A stretch of DNA of 64,000 bases from Thermoplasmata archaeon (GTDB lineage Archaea; Thermoplasmatota; Thermoplasmata; Halarchaeoplasmatales; Halarchaeoplasmataceae): positions 56,149 to 120,148 of the forward strand of contig PWHR01000046.1 in NCBI GenBank assembly GCA_003554965.1, read 5' to 3'. Of the stretch, positions 49,001-56,446 are shown one piece after another (position 1 is the stretch's first letter; the number at the start of each line of letters is the position of its first letter). The notes beneath the pieces were generated by a model that had not been told where the DNA came from, searched no databases, and was given only the letters and a program-made list of their open reading frames with translations. The position numbers and the translations under genes were made by a program.

Positions 49001-50931
49001 GTATTGCCTATCTCTTCAGACAATGGTTCTGCGGTATTGATCAAAAGAGACCTTACCATCGCGGGACTCGGTCTATAACCGTGATTCTCTTCATACCATT
49101 CAACTATCACGGAGGCTGCACCGGCCGCTACTGGATTAGAAGATGAAGTACCACCCATCCATCTGTATTCCTCTGGGTTTGGCTCATAAGTTCCTGTGCC
49201 TTGTGGAGTTTGCGTAGAAGTTGTCAACTCAGCAGGAGCAACAACATCAGGTTTAATCCTATTGTCTGCTGTCCATCCTCTAGAACTGTAACCAACGATA
49301 TCTTCTGGATTATCGGAATTCACTCCTCCATAATCTCCTCCATCAGGAGCCCAATTGTAAGTCGCTCCGACAGTGATCACGTTCTTTGCATGACCCGGAC
49401 TTCCGGTGGATTGGTATCCTGGACCTGCGTTACCTGCAGAACTGGTTATAACCATCGGCTCGTTTTCTTCTGTTTCCCTGTTTGCATCTCTCACCGCTGA
49501 ATCGAAAACTGAATCAGTCTCTATATATTCGCCGAATGTATCTGCGCCCCAAGAGTTAGAGTGAATGTAGGTATCGGATTCCTGAGCAGGAACTTCGAGT
49601 ATCTCAAAATAATCTTCGGGACCTACCCAAGTTGCTCCATCATCGCCAAATATCTTGGCACTGTATAGTTCAGATTCATAAGCCAATCCCTGAGAAAGGT
49701 AATAAGGTCCTGTAGTTTCTCCTGCATAGGTCTCTCCTGTTCCACCATAAGTATGTCCAGCAGCTAAGCCTGCCGCGTGTGTTCCATGATAATGGCCGTC
49801 TCCCCAATAATCTGGGTCATCCCAATTATATCCTCCTACTACTCTATCAGTGAAATCCGGATGGCCTGCATCACCTTCCTCACTATCGCCTATTCCAGTG
49901 TCAGCGATCGTTATGGTCACGTCTTCTCCTGAGTAGCCGATCTGATTTATGTATGCTCCGTAATCTCCATGTTTTCTATAGGGCTCTTGTGGATTCCATT
50001 CATCTTCATCATCCATGAACCAGAGACCTCCGCCGGTCAACTGTGATTCCATCTCGTGTAGTTCCGGTTCTTCGTGCTCACTTATATAATAGACTTCATC
50101 GATCATAGCTATTTCATAAAGGTCTTCTTCTTCGTCTATCTCCATCCGTACTCTATGTTCTCCGTCAGGAAGTTCTACGTGGGAAATCACAGGTTTTTCG
50201 ATCTCCTCGTTTCCAACTGCGAGTTCCAACTCATTCTCTCTCCGGTCGGTTTCTACAGCCGCTTTTTCAGTTATCTGGTTTATCGTTTCGAAGTCAGCGT
50301 TTGGCGTAAGTCCAACTTCTATAGCACCAGACTCAAGTCCTGGTTGTATCTTGAACTCCGGTTGATATATGCCGACCCAATCGACGAATTCCAAGTTCTC
50401 GACTCTTTCAGCCTGTTCTGGAGTCATCAGCACTCTGTATCCGTAGTTGTGGACGTAGTTCATCACTTCTACGCTTTTTTCTTCAAGAGTCTCCACCCAA
50501 TCGGAACTTATGGGACCTATCATGTCGACCAGATATATCCCTTCTGTTCCCTGTTCGTAAGATTCAATAGTGTATTCCTCGTTCAATTCAGGGAGACCTT
50601 CATTAGTATCGAACTCGTAACCGTTCACGATCAATTCGTTTCTATGGTTCAAAGTCCTCACTTCATACTGACTTTCTATTGTCTCTAATCCTCTCTCCGA
50701 AGTCTCCAATATAACGTTCCTTCCGTAATGGTCGATGATTTCACCATGTTCACTAAGATAATCTAAATCTCCTGATCCATCAGCGTAAACCAAAATAACT
50801 TCATCCATTTTCTCTAAGTTTTCATCAGATTCGGCACCACCTAGAACCATCATCCCAGGTATCACGGTGCCTACCACTAGTACAAAGGCTATCACTAAAA
50901 CGGATATTCTCTTTCTAATTTTACTATTCAT
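43060..50931 (-). CDS. Giant secreted/membrane-anchored protein with S8 peptidase domain, fn3 repeats and an 8-bladed PQQ-like beta-propeller (paralog family, SPEARE-like)
   Basis: 2623 aa. RBS GAGGT. The N-terminal ~330 aa are homologous to giant protein 1. S8 triad reads IADTGIGD / HGTHAAGLAAG / GTSSSNPVAAGAASVIVEW. Repeated fn3-like modules (YNVYRAED..GPWDEPI) are present. Eight ~40-aa repeats follow the pattern VYSG..DG.V.A.DA..GE..W.H.HH. C-terminal coiled coil + MARNLGIVG + TM + acidic tail ending FFEE. Confidence 0.85.
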   Translation of the reverse strand: MNSKIRKRISVLVIAFVLVVGTVIPGMMVLGGAESDENLEKMDEVILVYADGSGDLDYLSEHGEIIDHYGRNVILETSERGLETIESQYEVRTLNHRNELIVNGYEFDTNEGLPELNEEYTIESYEQGTEGIYLVDMIGPISSDWVETLEEKSVEVMNYVHNYGYRVLMTPEQAERVENLEFVDWVGIYQPEFKIQPGLESGAIEVGLTPNADFETINQITEKAAVETDRRENELELAVGNEEIEKPVISHVELPDGEHRVRMEIDEEEDLYEIAMIDEVYYISEHEEPELHEMESQLTGGGLWFMDDEDEWNPQEPYRKHGDYGAYINQIGYSGEDVTITIADTGIGDSEEGDAGHPDFTDRVVGGYNWDDPDYWGDGHYHGTHAAGLAAGHTYGGTGETYAGETTGPYYLSQGLAYESELYSAKIFGDDGATWVGPEDYFEILEVPAQESDTYIHSNSWGADTFGEYIETDSVFDSAVRDANRETEENEPMVITSSAGNAGPGYQSTGSPGHAKNVITVGATYNWAPDGGDYGGVNSDNPEDIVGYSSRGWTADNRIKPDVVAPAELTTSTQTPQGTGTYEPNPEEYRWMGGTSSSNPVAAGAASVIVEWYEENHGYRPSPAMVRSLLINTAEPLSEEIGNTEGPIPNRDEGWGMVDISKLEYPKEDQLPFYTVDQEEELTDSGEYHEYTVEHEDPEEPMKVTLGWADEAAPPDAFDDPTLMNDLNLEVVSPEGEVYQGNAFEEGWTQPNEDTMEVFDRKGDGWDDTNNVQNVYIPPEDLVAGNYSVRVTGANIVADAVNIGETSQDYALAVHNAEEAEMIHDPPTVEVEEPEEDTVWVGHTEEDIIWDSTPGDYDIDKAVLWYTTDGGQIWNNIATLEEDEGTYTWDVINPTEPEVDEAQIRIRVIDEEGGYGEAVSDEFTIEGVPPEPPESLLVEDHYTEFDTIFEDNVSEDKGYMTMDEVNEWDIRDHGAAVGEQSWDWGNETYEQVGDDSWLVSPTIDLTEAESAEFSFQHWRDMEPEWDGGTLLISTDGEEFGLIDDPEPGYDGELNEGFDNPMEGLPAWWGSEDWEEVTVDLDEYAGETVNIAWIASTHDWDEWDGGWRIDDIEMTVEIERDEPVNNQLRWYASPSEDVGEVSHYNVYRAEDMEGPWDEPIGSVEADGSEKYEYIDLDAAEEPYYWYVVRSVGINELEEENEEAKQEPGDPDVETPEITIDQPDADSVWDAYDLEDIMWTTEEAEENDEPVEIDYIDHLSYSTDGGETWTEIDNILEDDGEYEWEVANWPSDEAMIQARVVDEYGRFHENTSEEFEIVGQPPQQPENLEVEHGSLEEEWHWMYDDDHRPEADNAIGLTGPGEYWTAMRIELPRGQVEDIAYYQWDDAESITGTIHEDTGDSPGEMLGQTETMTEFDEQEWNEIPLMEPVSIDSGYYWVVLEVEDIGDGFQPTGTVEGYLEDAGYISMDGETWDELIGLGFDDSWALEVNVEQVDEDGLDHNVLSWDASPDDPADAPEQVTHYNIYRADEETGPWDEEALIDTVPADGSEDYWYLDPDMGPAQNDTRLWYVVRAVALNEMEEQNEDAAQEPLPPMVEPPQRVRVHEHEEDHNKITWVESPDEYRIDEYNVYRSEDEGGPWDDPIATVEADEDVTEYEYIDEDAAGEPFYWYLVRAVDNYGQEEDNENSKYEPGDPDVESPEIEITTPEGGEEWFHYSEQDLDWNTIEGDEDIDYVNLEYSVDGGDSWNTIAEGLEDTGEYTWKVPDHPTDEAMIRAEVVDVISYYDEDTSETFEIIEDEEPPTIEITYPEEDAVLDTSNVTVEWFGEDEYSGLSHFEVWCLEEQEWMDVGDDTSFEFEELGEGEHTVEVKAVDNAGNEAIDSVTFIVDTVPPEILIANPEDGEYFDEGEVTVQWIGYEETTSIEYYEVWSPIEDDWIQVGHRTWYELTDLPDGEHSVQVRATDEAGNQGTEEAMFTVDTIAPELDIVSPAEGEEIAEDSVEVAWNVLGEAEKIEVRLEDTGWIDYDAPEPPAQAGEMIWEHSEHDGKVEAVYESDGVIYSGADIGLGEPGEVIAYDTATGEVLWSHYEHTNAVYGIVEHDGVVYSGCFDGSVIAADADTGEELWTHDHHDMGVYSLTVVDDMIVSGGLGGNVIAADLDDGEEIWRHDHHGEAVFDVDAHDGVVYSGSVGQGNTVIAADAEDGDMIWEHEHHVGPIYAVHASEELVYSAGNDGEVVAASVEDGEEDWSHTHHEDAIIYALSECEGMVFSGGDDERVLAADAEDGEMLWSHEHHEHFVRDIHASEGVVYSGAEDDRVVAAHTEDEEVEPQTHTFNGVPDGENTAYVRATDYAGNEHVEMVDLTIDTTPPDIEFTSPEDGIEELTYEEELMIEGTTHPEAELWIDGEMVDVDEEGDFSYTLMLVEGQNVIEVIAEDGAGNHRQTTVSALYLPEIPEIWNSIETIETDIDAIEEDIGDLRDDLDYLEEDLQGQIDDLDGWIDELSDDLEEVEEDLQSQIDELEVDIDDIEADIAEIEDDIADIEDDITALEDDIDELRNDLEEFKEDQEDVEEDQEDDIDMARNLGIVGIVLAILAVIIAVFAVMQKKGGSEPVEEEMVGESEETDFFEE

Positions 50932-51089
50932 ATTTTACCTCGGGAAAGAGCAATTTGAATCTGTCTAATATACTTTATGTTCGAAAGCCTTATATTTACC
51001 ATATTTCGAATATATACTACTTGGTGAAAACAACATTCACCCAGGATAACAGCACTTACGTCCCGATCGACTCGCTGGATTGTCTTCAT
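50928..51089 (-). CDS. Candidate small upstream ORF (52 aa) whose stop overlaps the giant gene 3 start codon (ATGA)
   Basis: Hand-translated as MKTIQRVDRDVSAVILGECCFHQVVYIRNMVNIRLSNIKYIRQIQIALSRGKI*. A GAGGA lies 4 nt upstream of its ATG. No homology is recognised; speculative. Confidence 0.2.
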   Translation of the reverse strand: MKTIQRVDRDVSAVILGECCFHQVVYIRNMVNIRLSNIKYIRQIQIALSRGKI

Positions 51090-51236
51090 CAAATCCTCTA
51101 ATTCAGATCCTCCAATAATTTTAAAAATCTAGAACTATAGCGACAAAATTCTCTGAAAATGCGATAAATATAATAGCTTCATTATCCTAACGGAGTGATT
51201 TCCATCGGAAAAAATAGATCTAATCTCAAGCCCTTC

Positions 51237-52562
51237 CTATTGTCGATCATCCACCCGGAACTGTGCTCTTCTTAGATAAGGAGTCAACTTTATCCGGGAT
51301 GGGCACACGTACGAACATAGTCCGCAGTCGATACAATCTCGGGGATTCAATCTTTTCAACCACTTCATATCGTCTTTCTTCTCTGACTGCATTATCTGTT
51401 GAGGATAGATATCTACAGGGCACACAAGGTTACAATAGCCGCACCTTATACAGGGCAACTGCTCTCTATAGGGATCATATTCTTCAGGAGTCAATCCTGT
51501 GAGTCCAGAAGTTGCCTTAAGTACTGGATAAGAAGGATCAGGTACCATCGGCCCCATCATTATAGAACCTAAGGCCACTCTATCGAATCTAAGTGGAGAG
51601 ACATCCATGAAATCGAATATATGTTCAACGGATGTGCCCATCCTAGTCCAAAGGTTCTTTCCACCGGTCGCGCTGGTGTAAAAAGTCATCCCTCTAGAAA
51701 CTAAAGAATATCCTTCAAGTACGGCTTCCGCCAATGCGTATGCTGTTGCGACATTGTGAACTACAGTTCCTATACTGGGTGGAAATTCACCGGAAGGGAG
51801 TTCTTTGTCGATTACCTCGTTCACCAGCAACCTTTCGCTTCCGACGGAGTAATTCGGCTTCACCCTTATTATCTTAACACCGTGTTCTCTAAGCAGTCTC
51901 TCGAATTCAGGCGTTTCCCCTTCTTCTGTTCTTGTAGCAAATATTATCTCTTTCACATCTAGGATATGCCCCATCAGTTTTATACCTTTGATCATCATCT
52001 CCGGCTCTTCCATCATCAACCTGACGTCGCAGGCAAGGTTCGGGTCGCTCTCCTTGGCATTTATAAGAAGGTGAGATATACCGTCCTCTGACAGTTTAAC
52101 ATGCGTGGGGAATGCAGCTCCACCGAGGCCGACGATGCCGGCCTCCCTTACCCTTTCTATAAGTTCGTCTCTCGTTGAATCCCTAGGATCCATAGGTGTG
52201 TAAGTCGGCTCTTTCTCATCACTCTCTGTACGGATCACCACTGTTTTCTCTTCTTCATCCGTTACTGGATTTTTCATCCTCTTGATCTCTTTGACCGTAC
52301 CGGTTACAGGACTATGGATAGGTACCAACATCATCCCCTGTTCTTCTTTACCTCCGATCTTTTCTCCGTACTTAACGTAGGAACCTTTTTCCACCAAAAC
52401 TTCAGCTTCCGGACCTAGGTGCTGACTCATATATACTTTCATCTCGTCCTCTGGTGGGACTTCAGTTATCGGATCATCTATAGATTCTTCTTTCATCCTA
52501 GTATCTACTTCAAACCCGCCCTTTTCTTTGAAATTCTTTATCTGGTTTTTTTTAGAGGCCAT
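51237..52562 (-). CDS. RnfC-like protein (RnfC_N + NADH/FMN-binding 51K-like + 2x[4Fe-4S]), paralog 2
   Basis: 441 aa. IVGLGGAAFPTHVKL and LINAKESDPNLACDVRLM. C-terminal CIRCGYCNLVCP and CIDCGLCSYVCP ferredoxin motifs. Confidence 0.7.
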   Translation of the reverse strand: MASKKNQIKNFKEKGGFEVDTRMKEESIDDPITEVPPEDEMKVYMSQHLGPEAEVLVEKGSYVKYGEKIGGKEEQGMMLVPIHSPVTGTVKEIKRMKNPVTDEEEKTVVIRTESDEKEPTYTPMDPRDSTRDELIERVREAGIVGLGGAAFPTHVKLSEDGISHLLINAKESDPNLACDVRLMMEEPEMMIKGIKLMGHILDVKEIIFATRTEEGETPEFERLLREHGVKIIRVKPNYSVGSERLLVNEVIDKELPSGEFPPSIGTVVHNVATAYALAEAVLEGYSLVSRGMTFYTSATGGKNLWTRMGTSVEHIFDFMDVSPLRFDRVALGSIMMGPMVPDPSYPVLKATSGLTGLTPEEYDPYREQLPCIRCGYCNLVCPVDIYPQQIMQSEKKDDMKWLKRLNPRDCIDCGLCSYVCPSRIKLTPYLRRAQFRVDDRQ

Positions 52563-52610
52563 GATTTATACAATCCTTTAGTTGAGTTTCTAGCACGTTC
52601 ATATACACAT

Positions 52611-53963
52611 CTATTCAAATTCAGACTTTGCCTTTCTAAGATGTGGTTTGAAGTTTATACGAGCTGGGCATACGAACGAACATAGTCCGCAGTCCATGCA
52701 GGTATCTGGATTGAGCTTTTTCAACCTCTTCGTTTTGCCTTTCTTTTGAGCTTTCATTATCATCTGCGGGTAAATATCCACAGGACACACGGTGTTACAA
52801 TATCCACACCGTATACACCAAGTCTGATGCTCATAAGGGTGAGGTTCATCTTCGGTGAATCCGGTCACACCTGCATGAGCCTTAAGGAGTGGTGTTGAGG
52901 TGTCGGGAATTGCAGGACCCATCATTATAGAACCTAAAGCCACTCTTTCAAATTTAGAGGGGGATTCCCCGAGATAATCGAATATATGTCCCACGGGAGT
53001 ACCGTTCCTTACCCATAGATTTCTCCCTCTGATATCCTGAGAATAGTAAGTCAAACCTCGAGATACTAACGGTTCTCCTTTCCTTATGGCTCTAGAGATG
53101 GCGTAAGCCGTCAATACGTTATGGACCAAAGCTCCTATATCGGTGGAATGCTTGTTGTGAGGAACTACGTCTCCCAATATCTCGGTGATCAATAATCTTC
53201 CATAACCTATAGAATAGTTCGGTCTAACTCTAGCTATCCTGATATTTCTTTCTCTTTCGATATGTTTTTCGAACTCAGGTAGTTCGCCCTCCTGGGTCCT
53301 TGTGGCAAATACTATATCATCGGCCCCGATTATATACGCCATCAATTTTATCCCATCTATCATCTCCCTCGGTCTTTCGACCATCAATCTGACGTCGCAA
53401 GCCACGTTGGGATCGCTCTCCTTAGCGTTTATTATCAAAGTTGAGACTTCTCCTTTAGCTTCATCGAGTTTTGCATGTGTCGGAAAGACGGCTCCTCCTA
53501 AACCGACGATCCCGGCTTCTCTTATCCTTTGGATCAATTCATCTCTAGACGCTTCTTTTGGATCTAGAGGTTCATAGACCCGCCTTTTTTCTTCATTTTC
53601 GGTCTTTATTATGACCGCGGTTTCCTCATCGCCTGAGATAGGATGTTCGATCTTCTCTATACTTTTTACTGTTCCATCCACAGGGCTGTGAACAGGGACC
53701 ATCAACCATCCTAAATCTTCCCCTCCACCGATCTTTTGACCGTACTTCACCTCGTCACCTTCTTCCACCAATGGTCTACATTCTGGTCCTATATGCTGTC
53801 TCAAAAATACCGTCATCTCGTCAGCAGGAGGGACTTCTTCGAAGGGACTCTCTATCGCTTCCCTCTTCATCCGTAGGTCTAACTCAAAACCTCCATTCTC
53901 TTCGAATTTTCTGTGAGCTTTTTCCTTGTTGAGTGCTTTCCTTTTATCAACCATGCTAAACAC
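52611..53963 (-). CDS. RnfC-like protein, paralog 1
   Basis: 450 aa. IVGLGGAVFPTHAKL and IINAKESDPNVACDVRLM. C-terminal CIRCGYCNTVCP and CMDCGLCSFVCP. Clearly paralogous to the downstream gene. Confidence 0.7.
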   Translation of the reverse strand: MFSMVDKRKALNKEKAHRKFEENGGFELDLRMKREAIESPFEEVPPADEMTVFLRQHIGPECRPLVEEGDEVKYGQKIGGGEDLGWLMVPVHSPVDGTVKSIEKIEHPISGDEETAVIIKTENEEKRRVYEPLDPKEASRDELIQRIREAGIVGLGGAVFPTHAKLDEAKGEVSTLIINAKESDPNVACDVRLMVERPREMIDGIKLMAYIIGADDIVFATRTQEGELPEFEKHIERERNIRIARVRPNYSIGYGRLLITEILGDVVPHNKHSTDIGALVHNVLTAYAISRAIRKGEPLVSRGLTYYSQDIRGRNLWVRNGTPVGHIFDYLGESPSKFERVALGSIMMGPAIPDTSTPLLKAHAGVTGFTEDEPHPYEHQTWCIRCGYCNTVCPVDIYPQMIMKAQKKGKTKRLKKLNPDTCMDCGLCSFVCPARINFKPHLRKAKSEFE

Positions 53964-53965
53964 CC

Positions 53966-55042
53966 CTACTCCTTCACCCCGTGCCCATAGGGTTTCTTGA
54001 CCACGATCATATCTAATACGGGAGTGGCGAAGTTCATTATAACCAGAGCGATTATCGAGCCGCCCAAAAAGCCGTAAAGCTGGAAGACGAACGATAGAAC
54101 TGCGAGACCTATACCAAAAAGGTATTGAGAGAATTCAGGCATCGGAGTGGACTGCGGCTCAGTGGCCATGAAAAACGCCATGAACAGGATGCTGCCGCTG
54201 AATACGTGGAAAGCTATCCTTTGAGTGATCATCTCAGCCGTGGAAACATCACCGCTTTCCCATATGAGCGCCGCTGCTATGGCTAACGCTGTCATCGTAC
54301 CGAGAGTCGCCACCACTATCCTCCATTTGTACCGAAGCCAGTATACCGATATCGCTCCTACGATTATGACCACGATACCCATGCCGCTTCCGATCCAGCC
54401 ATGGGGCTGCCAGAAGAAATGAGCCTGGGTAGCACTTATTTCAGTTCCAAAAAAGGGTATGGTATCTACAAAACTGATTTCAAAAAATTCCATCATGTTT
54501 ACGAATCCTTCACCACTCATCATGCTGTGTTCATAATGGTGGGGATGGAAAATCCCTCCACCCTCTAACGCCCCATCGAATACGTTGAAAAGGCTGACAC
54601 CATAAAGTCCAAGAAGAACGAGGGATTTCGCGGCGGCGGCGGGATTCAAATATTTGTGATCTAAATATCTTCCCTGTATATATTTGAAGACAAACATCGT
54701 CAAGAATGCCACGAAAGCCGTTATGAGAAAAGGAGTTTCGAGAGGCATTGAAAGCCCCACGATCATACCTGCGACCAAGGGCGATGCCGGTGATTCATAA
54801 GTCGGCTTCACGCCTCTCCACTTCTGATAAGAATATATGGTGTTATGAACTATCAGAACAGTACCTATAGCCACGATTATATGTATCAACGCGTCTATCC
54901 CCATGACTACTACCGATGCAAAAGCGATTATAGCCATCAAAAGGAATGTCTTCAACATGAGCTCGTTCTTTTCGAAGCCTATATGGACGTGCGGTGGATT
55001 CACTATTTTATACGGCCTAGCTTTCTTTTCTTTTTTTACCAT
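53966..55042 (-). CDS. RnfD/NqrB-family membrane protein
   Basis: 358 aa polytopic membrane protein. NPAAAAK motif (compare RnfD NPA). C-terminal FFMATEPQSTP...IALVIMNFATPVLD matches the RnfD FMN-threonine region (FMATDPVTSP...AVLLMN..PLID). Strong RBS AAGGAGGT. Confidence 0.65.
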   Translation of the reverse strand: MVKKEKKARPYKIVNPPHVHIGFEKNELMLKTFLLMAIIAFASVVVMGIDALIHIIVAIGTVLIVHNTIYSYQKWRGVKPTYESPASPLVAGMIVGLSMPLETPFLITAFVAFLTMFVFKYIQGRYLDHKYLNPAAAAKSLVLLGLYGVSLFNVFDGALEGGGIFHPHHYEHSMMSGEGFVNMMEFFEISFVDTIPFFGTEISATQAHFFWQPHGWIGSGMGIVVIIVGAISVYWLRYKWRIVVATLGTMTALAIAAALIWESGDVSTAEMITQRIAFHVFSGSILFMAFFMATEPQSTPMPEFSQYLFGIGLAVLSFVFQLYGFLGGSIIALVIMNFATPVLDMIVVKKPYGHGVKE

Positions 55043-55074
55043 CTTAAGACCTCCTTATTTAAGAAACTAAAATT

Positions 55075-55437
55075 TTGACCTTGATATTCGTATATCGTCG
55101 TTATAGTATCTTGTTTAAGTATTTTATTTTTACGGAATTTTTCGCTCTTAAGACGAAATTTTTAAATATTATTATAACGTTGTTATTGCTTGTGGTGGAA
55201 GAAGTGGAAGAAAGAAGTGGAAAAAAGATCACTAACTTAGATAATAATGAGGAGATTGTGGAGTGCGTTCATATATGCGGAGAAAGATGTGTTTGTCCAA
55301 TATACAGAAATGAGATAGATGGATACAAGTTCAAATGTGAGTACGGACACTGCAGTGAGGAGATCGTCGGCGATTCAAAAGAAGAAGTGATCTCTAAGGC
55401 CGAAAATCATCTGGTAAAGCACTCTAGTTATTATTGA
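55075..55437 (+). CDS. Small Cys/His-rich protein, DUF1059-like (start uncertain)
   Basis: C-terminal KFKCEYGHCSEEIVGDSKEEVISKAENHLVKH resembles the DUF1059 pattern (C..C...eeEv...A..H...H). A second half-motif VECVHICGERCVC lies upstream. N-terminal hydrophobic stretch. Divergent from the rnfD-like gene. Confidence 0.3.
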   Translation: MTLIFVYRRYSILFKYFIFTEFFALKTKFLNIIITLLLLVVEEVEERSGKKITNLDNNEEIVECVHICGERCVCPIYRNEIDGYKFKCEYGHCSEEIVGDSKEEVISKAENHLVKHSSYY

Positions 55438-55498
55438 GCAGACATAAAGACCTGACAAAAATCTATATACCAGGCAGGATTAGAAAGTATCGATCATA

Positions 55499-56446
55499 GT
55501 GAAAGCTCTCGAGATAAAAGATCTAGATAAGCACTTCGATTCATTCAAGGCGGTCAATGGCCTAAACCTCGTTGTCGAAGAAAGTGAGATACACGGCTTT
55601 CTAGGACCAAACGGAGCTGGTAAAACCACCACTTTGAGGATGATAATGGGACTTTTAGAACCGGATGATGGAGACATCCTGATCTACGGGAAAAATAATG
55701 ATAGCAAAGATCTCGATGTTCTTTCTAGAATAGGTTACATGCCGGAAAGGCCTTCTTTTCCAGTTCATCTCACCAGCAGAGAATTGTTGGAGATATACGG
55801 ACAGACATATGGAATACCTGAAGAAGTCAGAGAGGCGAGAGCGAGCCGTCTTTTAAACAAAGTTGGATTAGATAACTATGCTGATAAAAGAACCGGTAAG
55901 TTCAGCAAAGGTATGAAACAGAGGTTGGGCATCGCTCAAGCCCTGATAAGCGAACCGGACCTATTGGTACTAGATGAACCTACTGCTGGTCTCGATCCTG
56001 GAGGAAGGGCCCGGATGAGACAGATAATAAAAGAGATCGGAAAAGATGACATAACGATGCTCATATCATCTCATCTGTTAGAGGAGGTCGAGAAGATTTG
56101 CGAGACGGTAACCATGATAGACGAAGGGAAGAGCGTCCTGTCGGGCTCGGTAGAGGAATTATCACATTCAAAGACCGTTCTTCAGATAGAGTTGATGGAG
56201 ATCACTTCTAGAATCATCAACGCTTTAGAAGATCTGCCCAAAGTCAAAGAAGTGATCCGTGTAGATGATGATAAAGAAGAAATAAAGGTGATCGCCTCTG
56301 ACGATGAGGATTATAGACCGGTAGTTTCTAAAACGATAGTGGATCATGGGGGGACTATTTTAAAGATGACCGATAGATCAAGGAGTTTGGAAGACGTGTA
56401 TCTGGAGGTTATAGACGGAGGACCCGAAGATGAACAGCTCAGATAG
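55499..56446 (+). CDS. ABC transporter ATP-binding protein
   Basis: Walker A GPNGAGKTT, signature FSKGMKQRLGIAQAL, Walker B LLVLDEPTAGLD. Confidence 0.85.
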   Translation: MKALEIKDLDKHFDSFKAVNGLNLVVEESEIHGFLGPNGAGKTTTLRMIMGLLEPDDGDILIYGKNNDSKDLDVLSRIGYMPERPSFPVHLTSRELLEIYGQTYGIPEEVREARASRLLNKVGLDNYADKRTGKFSKGMKQRLGIAQALISEPDLLVLDEPTAGLDPGGRARMRQIIKEIGKDDITMLISSHLLEEVEKICETVTMIDEGKSVLSGSVEELSHSKTVLQIELMEITSRIINALEDLPKVKEVIRVDDDKEEIKVIASDDEDYRPVVSKTIVDHGGTILKMTDRSRSLEDVYLEVIDGGPEDEQLR

